Shown: positions 43,378-56,468 of the stretch, in pieces
Layout of the letters: each line of letters opens with the position of its first letter
Position numbering within the stretch: position 1 is the first letter of the stretch
Assembly: GCA_951406725.2 (NCBI GenBank)
Contig: OX597842.1
Coordinates: 18,290,001-18,354,000 of the forward strand
Length of the DNA stretch: 64,000 bases
From: Octopus vulgaris
Taxonomy: Eukaryota
Direction of reading: 5' to 3'
The notes under the pieces: generated by a model
Seen by the model: the letters and a program-made list of their open reading frames with translations, nothing else
Database searches by the model: none
Told to the model about the DNA's origin: nothing
Program-made: the position numbers and the translations under genes

Positions 43378-46190
43378 GGTGGTGGTGGTGGTGGTGGTGG
43401 TGGTGGTGGTGGTGGTGGTGGTGTTGCCGGCGGTGTTTGTTGTGGTGGCAGCGATGATGATGGTAGTGGTGGTAGTGGTGGTTGTGGTGGTGGTGGTGGT
43501 GGTGGTGGTGGTGGTGTTGCGGGCGGTGTTTGTTGTGGTGGCAGCGATGATGATGGTAGTGGTGGTAGTGGTGGTTGTGGTGGTGGTGGTGGTGGTGGTG
43601 GTGGTGGTGTTGCCGGCGGTGTTTGTTGTGGTGGCAGCGATGATGATGGTAGTGGTGGTAGTGGTGGTTGTGGTGGTGGTGGTGGTGGTGGTGGTGTTGC
43701 GGGCGGTGTTTGTTGTGGTGGCAGCGATGATGATGGTAGTGGTGGTAGTGGTGGTTGTGGTGGTGGTGGTGGTGGTGGTGGTGGTGTTGCGGGCGGTGTT
43801 TGTTGTGGTGGCAGCGATGATGATGGTAGTGGTGGTAGTGGTGGTTGTGGTGGTGGTGGTGGTGGTGGTGGTGGTGTTGCGGGCGGTGTTTGTTGTGGTG
43901 GCAGCGATGATGATGGTAGTGGTGGTAGTGGTGGTTGTGGTGGTGGTGGTGGTGGTGGTGGTGGTGGTGTTGCCGGCGGTGTTTGTTGTGGTGGCAGCGA
44001 TGATGATGGTAGTGGTGGTAGTGGTGGTTGTGGTGGTGGTGGTGGTGGTGGTGGTGGTGGTGTTGCCGGCGGTGTTTGTTGTGGTGGCAGCGATGATGAT
44101 GGTAGTGGTGGTAGTGGTGGTTGTGGTGGTGGTGGTGGTGGTGGTGGTGGTGGTGTTGCGGGCGGTGTTTGTTGTGGTGGCAGCGATGATGATGGTAGTG
44201 GTGGTAGTGGTGGTTGTGGTGGTTGTGGTGGTGGTGGTGGTGGTGGTGGTGGTGTTGCGGGCGGTGTTTGTTGTGGTGGCAGCGATGATGATGGTAGTGG
44301 TGGTAGTGGTGGTTGTGGTGGTGGTGGTGGTGGTGGTGGTGGTGGTGTTGCGGGCGGTGTTTGTTGTGGTGGCAGCGATGATGATGGTAGTGGTGGTAGT
44401 GGTGGTTGTGGTGGTGGTGGTGGTGGTGGTGGTGGTGTTGCGGGCGGTGTTTGTTGTGGTGGCAGCGATGATGATGGTAGTGGTGGTAGTGGTGGTTGTG
44501 GTGGTGGTGGTGGTGGTGGTGGTGGTGGTGTTGCGGGCGGTGTTTGTTGTGGTGGCAGCGATGATGATGGTAGTGGTGGTAGTGGTGGTTGTGGTGGTGG
44601 TGGTGGTGGTGGTGGTGGTGGTGTTGCCGGCGGTGTTTGTTGTGGTGGCAGCGATGATGATGGTAGTGGTGGTAGTGGTGGTTGTGGTGGTGGTGGTGGT
44701 GGTGGTGGTGTTGCGGGCGGTGTTTGTTGTGGTGGCAGCGATGATGATGGTAGTGGTGGTAGTGGTGGTTGTGGTGGTGGTGGTGGTGGTGGTGGTGGTG
44801 GTGTTGCCGGTGGTGTTTGTTGTGGTGGCAGCGATGATGATGGTAGTGGTGGTAGTGGTGGTTGTGGTGGTGGTGGTGGTGGTGGTGGTGGTGTTGCGGG
44901 CGGTGTTTGTTGTGGTGGCAGCGATGATGATGGTAGTGGTGGTAGTGGTGGTTGTGGTGGTGGTGGTGGTGGTGGTGGTGTTGCGGGCGGTGTTTGTTGT
45001 GGTGGCAGCGATGATGATGGTAGTGGTGGTAGTGGTGGTTGTGGTGGTGGTGGTGGTGGTGGTGGTGGTGGTGGTGGTGTTGCCGGCGGTGTTTGTTGTG
45101 GTGGCAGCGATGATGATGGTAGTGGTGGTAGTGGTGGTTGTGGTGGTGGTGGTGGTGGTGGTGGTGGTGGTGTTGGTGTTGCGGGCGGTGTTTGTTGTGG
45201 TGGCAGCGATGATGATGGTAGTGGTGGTAGTGGTGGTTGTGGTGGTGGTGGTGGTGGTGGTGGTGGTGGTGTTGCGGGCGGTGTTTGTTGTGGTGGCAGC
45301 GATGATGATGGTGGCAGTGGATGATGAGGTGGTAGTGGTGGTGGTGGTGGTGGTGGTGGTGGTGTTGCGGGCGGTGTTTGTTGTGGTGGCAGCGATGATG
45401 ATGGTAGTGGTGGTAGTGGTGGTTGTGGTGGTGGTGGTGGTGGTGGTGGTGGTGGTGTTGCGGGCGGTGTTTGTTGTGGTGGCAGCGATGATGATGGTAG
45501 TGGTGGTAGTGGTGGTTGTGGTGGTGGTGGTGGTGGTGGTGGTGGTGTTGCGGGCGGTGTTTGTTGTGGTGGCAGCGATGATGATGGTAGTGGTGGTAGT
45601 GGTGGTTGTGGTGGTGGTGGTGGTGGTGGTGGTGGTGGTGTTGCGGGCGGTGTTTGTTGTGGTGGCAGCGATGATGATGGTAGTGGTGGTAGTGGTGGTT
45701 GTGGTGGTGGTGGTGGTGGTGGTGGTGGTGTTGCGGGCGGTGTTTGTTGTGGTGGCAGCGATGATGATGGTAGTGGTGGTAGTGGTGGTTGTGGTGGTGG
45801 TGGTGGTGGTGGTGGTGGTGTTGCGGGCGGTGTTTGTTGTGGTGGCAGCGATGATGATGGTAGTGGTGGTAGTGGTGGTTGTGGTGGTGGTGGTGGTGGT
45901 GGTGGTGGTGGTGGTAGTGGTGGTGGTGGTGGTGGTGGTGGTGGTGGTGGTGGTGGTGGTAGTGGTGGTGGTGGTGGTGGTGGTGGTGGTGGTGGTGGTG
46001 GTGGTGGTGGTGGTGGTGCGGGCGGTGTTTGTTGTGGTGGCAGCGATGATGATGGTAGTGGTGGTAGTGGTGGTTGTGGTGGTGGTGGTGGTGGTGGTGG
46101 TGGTGGTGGTAGTGGTGGTGGTGGTGGTGGTGGTGGTGGTGGTGGTGGTGGTGGTGGTGGTGGTGGTGGTGGTGGTGGTGGTGGTGGTGG
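43378..46190. repeat. (GGT)n-based minisatellite, about 40 units of 60-72 bp
   Basis: Unit GTTGC(G/C)GGCGGTGTTTGTTGTGGTGGCAGCGATGATGATGGTAGTGGTGGTAGTGGTGGTTGT(GGT)n. Confidence 0.97.
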
Positions 46191-46249
46191 CGATGGTTCT
46201 GATGATGGTTTTGGTGATGGTGGTGGTAATAACGATGCTGGAACTGGCG

Positions 46250-46318
46250 TCTTCTTCTTCTTCTACTTCTTCTTCTCCTTCTTCTTCTTCCTCTTCTTCT
46301 TCTTCTTTTTCATCCCCT

Positions 46319-46351
<33 letters not shown>

Positions 46352-46537
46352 CCTTCCTCTTCTTCTTCTTCTTCTTCTTCTTCTTCTTCTTCTTCTTCTT
46401 CTTCTTCTTCTTCTTCTTTGACTTCTTCTTCTTCTTCTTCTTCTTCTCCTCCTCCTCCTCCTCCTCCTCCTTCTTCTTCTTCTTCTTTTTCTTCTTCTTC
46501 TTCTTCTTTTTCTTCTTCTTCTTCTTCTACTTCCTCT

Positions 46538-46569
<32 letters not shown>

Positions 46570-46651
46570 TTTTTCTTCCTCTTCTTCTTTTTCTTCCTCT
46601 TCTTCTTCTTCTTCTTCTTCTTCTTCTTCTTCTTCTTCTTCTTCTTCTTCT
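46250..46651. repeat. (TTC)n polypyrimidine microsatellite
   Basis: Direct inspection. Confidence 0.97.
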
Positions 46652-46777
46652 AATGTGGGTGATATGTCAATGTTCAGTTTTATTTCAAGTATTCTTGACA
46701 ATAGAGAAAGAACCGGTTTCTAACCTACAATCAAGGCTCCTTCATTTGAATTTCAACATCAACAACAGGGTATTTTT

Positions 46778-47486
46778 GTATGTATGTATGTATGTATGTG
46801 TGTATGTGTGTATGTATGTGTGAATGTATGTGTGTATGTGTGTGTGTATGTATGTATGTATGTATGTATGTATGTATGTATGTATGTATGTATGTATGTA
46901 TGTATGTATGTGTGTATGTGTGTATGTATGTGTGAATGTATGTGTGTATGTATGTATGTATGTATGTATGTATGTATGTATATATGTATATACATACATA
47001 CGTACGTACATACATACATTCCCACATACATACATCCATACATATGTATGTTTGTATGTATATTTGTATGTATGTATGTATGTATGTATCTATGTATGTA
47101 TGTATGTATGTATGTATGTATGTATGTATGTATGTATGTATGTATGTGTGTATGTATGTGTGTATGTATGTGTGAATATGTATGTGTGTATGTATGTATG
47201 TATGTATGTATGTATGTATGTATGTATGTATGTATGTATGTATGTATGTACTGTGTATGTATTTATGTACGTATGTTTGTATGTATGTATGTACTATGTA
47301 TGTATGTATGTATATATGTATATACATACATACGTACGTACATACATACATTCACACATACATACATACATACATATGTATGTTTGTATGTATGTATGTA
47401 TGTATGTACGTATTTATGTATGTATGTATGTATGTATGTATGTATGTATGTATGTATGTATGTATGTATGTATGTATGTATATATG

Positions 47487-47518
<32 letters not shown>

Positions 47519-47770
47519 TGTATGTATGTATGTATGTATGTATGTTTGTATGTATGTTTGCATGTATGTATGTATGTATGTGTGTATGTAGGTAGGTATG
47601 TATGTATGTATGTATGTATGTATGTATGTATGTATGTATGTATGTATGTATGTATGTATGTATGTATGTATGTATGTATGTATGTATGTATGTATGTATA
47701 TGTGTATGTATGTATGTATGTATGTATGTATTTTTGTATGTATGTATGTATTTTTGTATGTATGTATGTA
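46778..47770. repeat. (TATG)n microsatellite
   Basis: Direct inspection. Confidence 0.97.
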
Positions 47771-47796
47771 TTATTGTACATTTCTTCATATTTTAG

Positions 47797-48231
47797 GAAT
47801 ACAAACATCAATTCAGTATCATTTGCTTCTCATATTGCTGTCAGAATTGACTCTTCTACATTTTGCGACTCCGAAAGCTGGAAAACCAGCGTGTGTCAAC
47901 GTCCGATTCGCGGAAATAACCAAATCAAAGTGCTTATCTGCTCGGAATACAACGTATGGCACCGTATCGTCTGCTAATGACATCGTATCGTCTGCTAATG
48001 ACATCGTATCGTCTGCTAATGACCACGTATCGTCTGCTAAAGACACCGTATCGTCTGCTAATGACGCCGTATCGTCTGCTAATGACTGTGCGTCTCGATG
48101 TACCTCCCACAGTGAGTGCGGATATTTTAGCTACTGCGATGGTTCGTGTCATATACATCAATGGTTTTACGACGAAGAAATTAAAGATTACGACTGCAAC
48201 TGTTCATCGTATATTTTGCTCTCTGGAAACG
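47797..48231 (+). CDS. Host gene exon 2: signal-peptide-like segment and PAN/apple-like domain with 6x VSSAND
   Basis: TTTTAG acceptor and G|GTACGT donor. Encodes HLLLILLSELTLLHFA and DCASRC-x5-CGYFSY-x4-CHI. Confidence 0.85.
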
Positions 48232-48476
48232 GTACGTAAATCACAGTTTTCTTGTATGCTTTTTGTAATTTTTAGCATCATTAACTCTGTTATAAACCGG
48301 ATCTTTTCGGTTTGAACGGCTGTTTTCGGTTATATCTTGGCTATTGAATAATTGTCACATATTATTTTACAGATAAATTTCCTCCATTTAGATAATATTG
48401 AGGTCTCTTTCTTTCTTTTGTTATCTTACCGTTTTTACTAATAATATATATATATATATATATATATATTATACAA

Positions 48477-48549
<73 letters not shown>

Positions 48550-48618
48550 AATACATATATATATATATATGTATTTGTATATATATATATATACGTATAT
48601 ATATATATATACAAATAC

Positions 48619-48731
<113 letters not shown>

Positions 48732-49323
48732 TACTGTGCTTTCACAATCCAAACAAAGCTTCTTTATCCCTTAAATAGAGAACATAATTGATATCATCAA
48801 TGTTTAATTAGTCTGACATGGTAGCGGCCAAAATCAATTGACGTCTGACTGTCTACTTCAGGAAATGCTCCTATGCGTAAGCGCCCTCAATCGATGAGAG
48901 AAATCAGGTCGAAAACAGAAAATGGACACAGCAATGAAAATGTTACTGATTTTTCCTTCATCATCAAGTGATAACGACGATGACGACGTCGACGACAATG
49001 ATGATGATGATGATGATGATATTCTAGATCGCACAGAAGAAAGTCATGCTTTAACTAGCTCTTGATCGATGAAGCTGTAGCGTTGCTAGGTGATATCCTC
49101 ACTATTTGAGAGAAATATTAGAAATGATTTCGTGTAAGATAGCAACCATCTTCGGCTATTTTGACCCTGTTGTGTCCACTGCTTTGATTGGTTGGCGTTG
49201 GCGCAGTTTGTCTCTTGACTTATTTCGCGCAATTGTGTAAGCCAACCAATCACGGCTTTCGGATAAGGTCTCATGACAGAGTCTTTTTGGGTTCTCACTG
49301 GAGCACATCTTCTGTTATAAAAA

Positions 49324-49895
49324 GCGCCAGGAGTGGCTGTGTGGTAAGTAGCTTGCTAACCAACCATATGGTTGCGGGTTCAGTCCCACAGCGTGGCACC
49401 TTGGGCAAGTGTCTTCTACTATAGCCTCGAGTCGACCAATGCCTTGTGAGTGGATTTGGTAGACGGAAACTGAAAGAAGCCTGTCGTATATATGCATGTA
49501 TATATATATATATATGTATGTATGTATGTGTGTGTGTGTGTTTGTGTGTCTGTCCTCCTAGCATTGCTTGACAACCGATGCTGGTGTGTTTACGTCCCCG
49601 TCACTTAGCGGTTCGGCAAAAGAGACCGATAGAATAAGTACTGGGCTTACAAAGAATAAGTCCCGGGGTCGAGTTGCTCGATTAAAGGCGGTGCTCCAGC
49701 ATGGCCGCAGTCAAATGACTGAAACAAGTAAAAGAGTAAGATGAGTAAACTTAGCGGTTCGGCCAAAGAGACCAATAGAATAAGTACTGGGCTTACAAAG
49801 AATAAGTCCCGGGGTCGATTTGCTCGACTAAAGGCGGTGCTCCAGCATGGCCGCAGTCAAATGACTGAAACAAGTAGAAGAGTAAAGAGAGAGAG
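49324..49895 (+). mobile_element. SINE family A with a duplicated 3' module
   Basis: The 3' module occurs at about 49603-49740 and 49749-49890. Confidence 0.9.
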
Positions 49896-50436
49896 AGCAA
49901 ACCACGATTTCTCGTCTTTGGTTCTAGTCCTCCTCGGGACTAACTTCTGACCACAGAGTGACTCAGCCAGTTCCAGTTCCAGCGACATACGACGCTAACA
50001 TACACCAGCAACGCAGGACGCTCTCCACCTCCGTCGCCTTCATTTCGACGACGCCTTTCTCCGCCACCGCCATCACCATCGTCGTCCTTCAACATCACGT
50101 CGTTTCCATCTCCGTCGCCTTCATCTCCAGCAACACCAATACGTACTCAGCAACTCGCCCAGGTTTAAACTCCACGCTGTTGGGATTTTCACCAAGGTTA
50201 ACAGCACAACACTACCTGCAAGAATTCCTGTATCAAGAGACCTGGCACAGCATTGAAGCCCCAACCGCTACACGACATGTGTTCAATCGGCATTCTGCCT
50301 TGTGACCCCAACATCCTGTTACAGAACTATTACTATTGTGTGACCTTATTACGAACTGGTAAATTAACTCCATCTTGTCTAAAGTATCCTGAGAGACTCA
50401 TTCTATACTCTATATTGTATTCTGTATTGTATGCTT

Positions 50437-50805
50437 AGCGGTATTTCGTCTGTCGTTACGTTCTGAGTTCAAATTCCGCCGGGGTCAACTATGCCTTTCA
50501 TCCTTTCGAGGTCGATAAATAAAGTACCAGTTACGCACTGGGGTCGATGTAATCGACTTAATCCGTTTGTCTGTCCTTGTTTGTCCCCTCTATGTTTAGC
50601 CCCTTGTGGCTAGTAAAGAAACAGGTATTTCGTCTGCCGCTATGTTCTGAGTTCAAATTCCGCCGAGGTCAACTTTGCCTTTCATCCTTTCGAGGTCGAT
50701 TAAATAAAGTACCAGTTACGCACTGGGGTCGATGTAATCGACTTAATCATTTTGTCTCTCCTTGTTTGTCCCCTCCGTGCTTAGCCCTTTGTGGGCAATA
50801 AAGAA
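50437..50805 (+). repeat. SINE-B-derived dimer
   Basis: Two units of about 184 bp. Confidence 0.85.
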
Positions 50806-50851
50806 AAATAATTACATCTAAATTATTGATTATTATTTTTTGCTGATTCAG

Positions 50852-50943
50852 GTACAGGCTGGCAGAAAGTGTTTAAGATGACTAGAAACTCATTTGAAAG
50901 AAGTCCTTTGTATTTATACTGGGACAAACTGCCTATTAAAAAG
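50852..50943 (+). CDS. Host gene exon 3 (GTGWQKVFKM...YWDKLPIKK)
   Basis: TTCAG acceptor and AAG|GTAAAG donor; 92 nt, phase 1 to 0, open frame. Confidence 0.82.
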
Positions 50944-51177
50944 GTAAAGAATTTTTGAAACTTCAAAATGATTCTCATTTAACAAACAATCTACATATTT
51001 TGTTGTATTTAGGAATGGTCATTTTGCCAGTTTAGCCAATAAAAACACACGCACAATATATTTGGTGTTACTTTGCTTCAGTATTATTTATTTTTTACAT
51101 TAATCTTAATCTTATTTCGGCCAGAGTTCTTTCGTCACACTCCTGTGACCGCATTAAATAAGAAAGAAGAAAGCAAA

Positions 51178-51222
51178 GGACCACTGATGAGGCCACAGGA
51201 GTGTGACGAAAGAACTCTGGCC
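51178..51222 (+). ncRNA. Minimal hammerhead-like motif (second copy at 51636-51680)
   Basis: GGACCA-CTGATGA-ggcCACaggagtGTGAC-GAAA-GaaC-TC-TGGCC. Stem III is only 2 bp and stems I and II are imperfect. Confidence 0.5.
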
Positions 51223-51387
51223 GAAATAAGATTAAGATTAATGTAAAAAATAAATAACACTGAAGCGAAGTAACACCAAATATATAGTGTGTGTGTTTTT
51301 ATTGGCTAAACTGTCAAAATGACCATTCCGAAATATATCAATATCTGTTTCAACACACGATTCCACATCAAAAATCTTGGAAAACAA

Positions 51388-51466
<79 letters not shown>

Positions 51467-51728
51467 ATTTAGGAATGGTCATTTTGCCAGTTTAGCCAAT
51501 AAAAACACGCACTATATATTTGGTGTTACTTTGCTTCAGCGTTATTTTTTTTTTGCATTAATCTTAATCTTATTTCGGCCAGAGTTCCTTCGTCACACTC
51601 ATGTGACCGCATCAAATAAGAAAGAAGAAAGCAAAGGACCACTGATGAAGCCACAGGAGTGTGACGAAAGAACTCTGGCCGAAATAAGATTAAGATTAAT
51701 GTAAAAAATAAATAACGTTTAATAAATA

Positions 51729-51890
51729 GGCGCAGGAGTGGCTGTATGGTAAGGAGGTAGTTTACCAACCACACGGTTCCAGGTTCAGTCCCACTGCGTG
51801 GCACCTTGGGCAAGTGTCTTCTACTATAGCCTCGGGCCGACCAAAGCCTTGTGGGTGTATTTGGTAGACGGAAACTGAAAGAAGCCCTTC

Positions 51891-51959
<69 letters not shown>

Positions 51960-52468
51960 TGTGTGTCTTTGTGTGTCTGTGTTTGTCCCCCCCAACATCG
52001 CTTGACAACCGATGCTGGTGTGTTTATGTCCCCGCCACTTAGCGGTTCGGCAAAAGAGACCGATAGAATAAGTACTGGGCTTACAAAAGAATAAGTCCCG
52101 GGGTCGAGTTGCTCGATTAAAGGCGGTGCTCCAGCATGGCCACAGTCAAATGACTGAAACAAGTAAAAGAGTAAACGTAGCGATTCGGCAAAAGAGAGAC
52201 CGATAGAATAAGTACTGGGCTTACAAAAGAATAAGTCCCGGGGTCGATTTGCTCGACTAAAGGCGGTGCTCCAGCATGGCCACAGTCAAATGACTGAAAC
52301 AAGTAAAAGAGTAAACGTAGCGATTCGGCAAAAGAGAGACCGATAGAATAAGTACTGGGCTTACAAAAGAATAAGTCCCGGGGTCGAGTTGCTCGATTAA
52401 AGGCGGTGCTCCAGCATAGCCACAGTCAAATGACTGAAACAAGTAAAAGTGTAAAAGAGAGTAAAGAG
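51729..52468 (+). mobile_element. SINE family A with a triplicated 3' module, nested in the palindromic element
   Basis: Tail modules at about 52040-52172, 52178-52312 and 52318-52450. Confidence 0.9.
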
Positions 52469-52828
52469 TAACGCTGAAGCAAAATAACACCAAATATATA
52501 GTGCGTGTGTTTTTATTGGCTAAACTGGCAAAATGACCATTCCGAAATACAACAATATATGTTTCAACACACGATTCCACATCAAAAATCTTGCAAAACA
52601 AATATATAAATCTACATATTTGTCAATCCGATATCTTTGGCGGTGTTTGGCTGTTTTCCCTTTTTCTGTCGATATTGCACAATGATGTATATCATTAGTG
52701 TTCTTTGTTCTCTGCATTTTCTTCTTGCAGTTTAACCTTTTAGAGTCAAACAAAATCCATTTTTTATACCTTGCCTTACTTTCCTAAATACAATATCCAA
52801 AATTAGATTATCCACTGTTCTATGATAA

Positions 52829-53610
52829 GGCGGCGAGCTGGCAGAAACGTTAGCGCGCCGGGCGAAATGCTTGGCGACATTTCGTCTGCCGTTTCGTGCT
52901 GAGTTCAAATTCCGCCGAGGTCGACTTTGCTTTTCATCCTTTCGAGATCGATAAATAAAGTACCAGTTACGCACTGGGGTCGATATAATCGACTTGATCC
53001 CTTTGACTGTCCTTGTTTGTCCCCTCTATGTTTAGCCCCTTGTGGGTAGTAAAGAAATAGGTATTTCGGCTGCCGCTACGTTCTGAGTTCAAATCCCGCC
53101 GAGGTCGACTTTGCTTTTCATCCTTTCGAGGTCGATAAATAAAGTACCAGTTACGCACTGGGGTCGATATAATCGACTTGATCCCTTTGACTGTCCTTGT
53201 TTGTCCCCTCTATGTTTAGCCCCTTGTGGGTAGTAAAGAAATAGGTATTTCGGCTGCCGCTACGTTCTGAGTTCAAATTCCGCCGAGGTCGACTTTGCTT
53301 TTCATCTTTCCGGGGTCGATAAATAAAGTACCAGTTACGCACTGGGGTCGATATAATCGACTTGATCCCTTTGACTGTCCTTGTTTGTCCCCTCTATGTT
53401 TAGCCCCTTGTGGGTAGTAAAGAAACAGGTATTTCGTCTGTCTTGAGGTTCTGAGTTCAAATTCCGCCGAGGTCAACTTTGCCTTTCATCCTTTCGGGGT
53501 CGATAAATAAAGTACCAGTTACGCACTGGGGTCGATGTAATCGACTTAATCCCTTTGTTTGTCTTTGTTTGTCCCCCTCTGTGTTTAGCCCCTTGTGGGT
53601 AGTAAAGCAA
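52829..53610 (+). mobile_element. SINE family B head plus four 184-bp units
   Basis: Head at 52829, with a 184-bp period. Confidence 0.9.
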
Positions 53611-53679
53611 TATATACAAGTCTATCCTTCCCCACTCTCTTAGATTCTTTACTGATCGGAGTCAACTTTCTGTTTTCAG

Positions 53680-53831
53680 GTGGAATTTCGAGTGAGAAGA
53701 GAATATGAGAATGATTTCGTCATAACATTCAACGGGAAAGGGACGAATTCTACATCATGGTTCCAGAAAGATAAAATCATTGAAAATTCAAACGAGAAAT
53801 GGGTTCCACGGAAATTTACTTTCATAGAAAA
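53680..53831 (+). CDS. Host gene exon 4 (VEFRV...ITFNGKGTNSTSWFQKDKII...)
   Basis: TGTTTTCAG acceptor and AA|GTATAT donor; 152 nt, phase 0 to 2. Confidence 0.82.
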
Positions 53832-53913
53832 GTATATATATTATCTCCCTACTCATATTGAACATCTTTAATTATACAATAATAATAGTTCTTTTGTACA
53901 CTTTCACAGTGTG

Positions 53914-53972
<59 letters not shown>

Positions 53973-54002
53973 TGGAAGGTTTGGAGATGATGTACAGGTA
54001 TT

Positions 54003-54270
54003 ATATATTAGAAGAAATGAGGTAATCAGAAGATCGGATGGTTCATATTTAGAGATATGTATTTATATAGTACATTTTTTACATATATATATCATATCAT
54101 TCAGATCATATCATTTAGATCATTAGCGCTTTCTCCCATTCTAGTGGGGTTTTCAAATCAAAATAATTCCTTTGTGGGGAATTTTAATCATTTTATAGAG
54201 TTTCGTAGTGGTGGGGAGGAACAAGACAGCACAAGAGGGTGAAGTGGATGAGGAGGAAGTGAAAGAGAGA

Positions 54271-54320
<50 letters not shown>

Positions 54321-55428
54321 TTTGCCAATTGTCATTCTAATTTTAACCTTCCTATGATATGCAATTTTCAAGATGGTGTAATTTGATTGTTCATTTTGAT
54401 TCGATAGAAGGTGTTTTTTTTTTCTAATATTTCATGTGTAAGCATGTATATATATATATATATATATAGTGACATTGAAGGACGCATCTTTCGATTTACA
54501 ATCTAATATAGTAGAACATTTAGTATATGTCTGTATGTGTATATATATATATGTGTGTGTATGTATATATATATATATATTGCCTGTTATATACATTATA
54601 TTATTATTTTTATAATTTACTTCCATCTTTACTTTTTAATTGTCACTTTAATTTTAACTTTCCTATGATATACAATTTTCAAGATGGTGTAATTTGGTTG
54701 TTCATTTTGAACCGATAAAAGGTTTTTTTCAAATATTTCATGTATAAGTCTGTGTATATATATGTAGTGGTATAAATATCAACACAATTTTTTTTTCTTC
54801 TCCCCTTCCTCCCTTATTTTTATTTTTATTTTTATTTTCCCTTTTCTCTTTTTGTCTCTCTCCCCTTCTCCAAACACACAGAGACACACACACACACACC
54901 TCCACAAAACAGAGTTCTTAGACCCCAAATGGCATTTGACCATCCTCAAAATCATAAAAGGTGTAATTTATGGCCTGCCTACCCACCAACACACACTCAG
55001 TGACACTAAAATGGACATAAGCTAAAATTCTTAGAACTCCCTTGGGGTCCAGCAGGCCAAAGGAAATCCTTCTTCTTCTTCTCCCTCCCCCTTCCCCTCT
55101 TTCTCTTTAGCCTCAGATACAGACGCACACACACACACACATACACATACACGCATGTTCTCTCTCTCACTTCCTCCTCATCCACTTCACCCTCTTGTGC
55201 TGTCTTGTTCCTCCCCACCACTACGAAACTCTATAAAATGATTAAAATTCCCCACAAAGGAATTATTTTGATTTGAAAACCCCACTAGAATGGGAGAAAG
55301 CGCTAATGATCTAAATGATATGATCTGAATGATATGATATATATATGTAAAAAATGTAATATATAAATAAATATCTGTAAATACAAACCATCCGATCTTC
55401 TGATTACCACATTTCTTCTAATATATAT
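54003..55428. repeat. Inverted repeat (arms about 54003-54300 and 55130-55428) with an internal direct duplication
   Basis: Arms are near-identical reverse complements. 54328-54445 is repeated at 54638-54750. Confidence 0.88.
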
Positions 55429-55713
55429 ATACATATATACATATTTACATATACATATATATATATATGTACATATATACATATACATATATACACATAT
55501 ATACATATACATATATGACTGGCTTCTGTACCGGTGGCACGTAAAAAGCACCCACTACACTCACGGAGTGGTTGGCGTTAGGAAGGGCATCCAGCTGTAG
55601 AAACACTGCCGGATCAGACTGGAGCCTGGTGCAGCCACCTGGCTTCCCAGACCCCGGTCGAACCGTCCAACCCATGCTAGCACGGAAAACGGACGTTAAA
55701 CGATGATGATGAT

Positions 55714-55747
<34 letters not shown>

Positions 55748-56362
55748 ATTGTTTGTTCCTTCTCGAGCCATACCTGGCTCATAAGGGCCGGTTTCCTTGG
55801 CGTATAGGTCCCCCACCTGGACGAGACGCCGGTCCGTCGCAGGTGAGCTGCAAGATGCAGGAGGAAAGAGTGAGAGAAAGTTGTGGGGAAAGAGTCAGCA
55901 GAAGTTTCGCCATTACCTTCTGCCGGAGCCGCGTGGAGCTTAGGTGTTTCGCTCATAAACACACAGACATGCCGCCCAGTCTGAGATTCGAACCCGCGGT
56001 CCCGCGACCGGGAGTTCGCTGCTCTAACCACTAGGCCATGTGGGGAAAGAGTCAGCAGAAGTTTCGCCATTACCTTCTGCCGGAGCCGCGTGGAGCTTAG
56101 GTGTTTCGCTCATAAACACACAGACATGCCGCCCAGTCTGAGATTCGAACCCGCGGTCCCGCGACCGGGAGTTCGCTGCTCTAACCACTAGGCCATGTGG
56201 GGAAAGAGTCAGCAGAAGTTTCGCCATTACCTTCTGCCGGAGCCGCGTGGAGCTTAGGTGTTTCGCTCATAAACACACAGACATGCCGCCCAGTCTGAGA
56301 TTCGAACCCGCGATCCTGCGACCGCGAGTTCGCTGCTCTAACCACTAGGCCATGTGCATCCA
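55748..56362 (-). mobile_element. SINE family D with a triplicated tRNA-derived head (157-bp period)
   Basis: A box TGGCCTAGTGG and B box GGTTCGAATC, each present three times. Confidence 0.88.
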
Positions 56363-56468
56363 CGAGGACTAATCATGGAAAACCGATTTTCGTAAATAGA
56401 ATCGTAACAATTTTCTTCGTAATAATTTTAATAAAAATTTATCAATTGTAATTTGTTGGTTTTTTCAG

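Larger units (their letters stand above)
51001..52608 (+). mobile_element. Dimer of a palindromic hammerhead-bearing element, flanked by a 13-bp direct repeat
   Basis: Two units, each an inverted arm plus a direct arm plus a tail of about 55 bp. AATCTACATATTT occurs at 50988-51000 and 52609-52621. Confidence 0.8.

Noticed and set aside
43280-46723. 1147-aa poly-Val/poly-Ser ORF
   Set aside because: The composition is implausible; it is the by-product of a triplet repeat.
49950-50436. Possible LTR fragment or 115-aa ORF
   Set aside because: No termini, TSD, second copy or recognisable protein motif.
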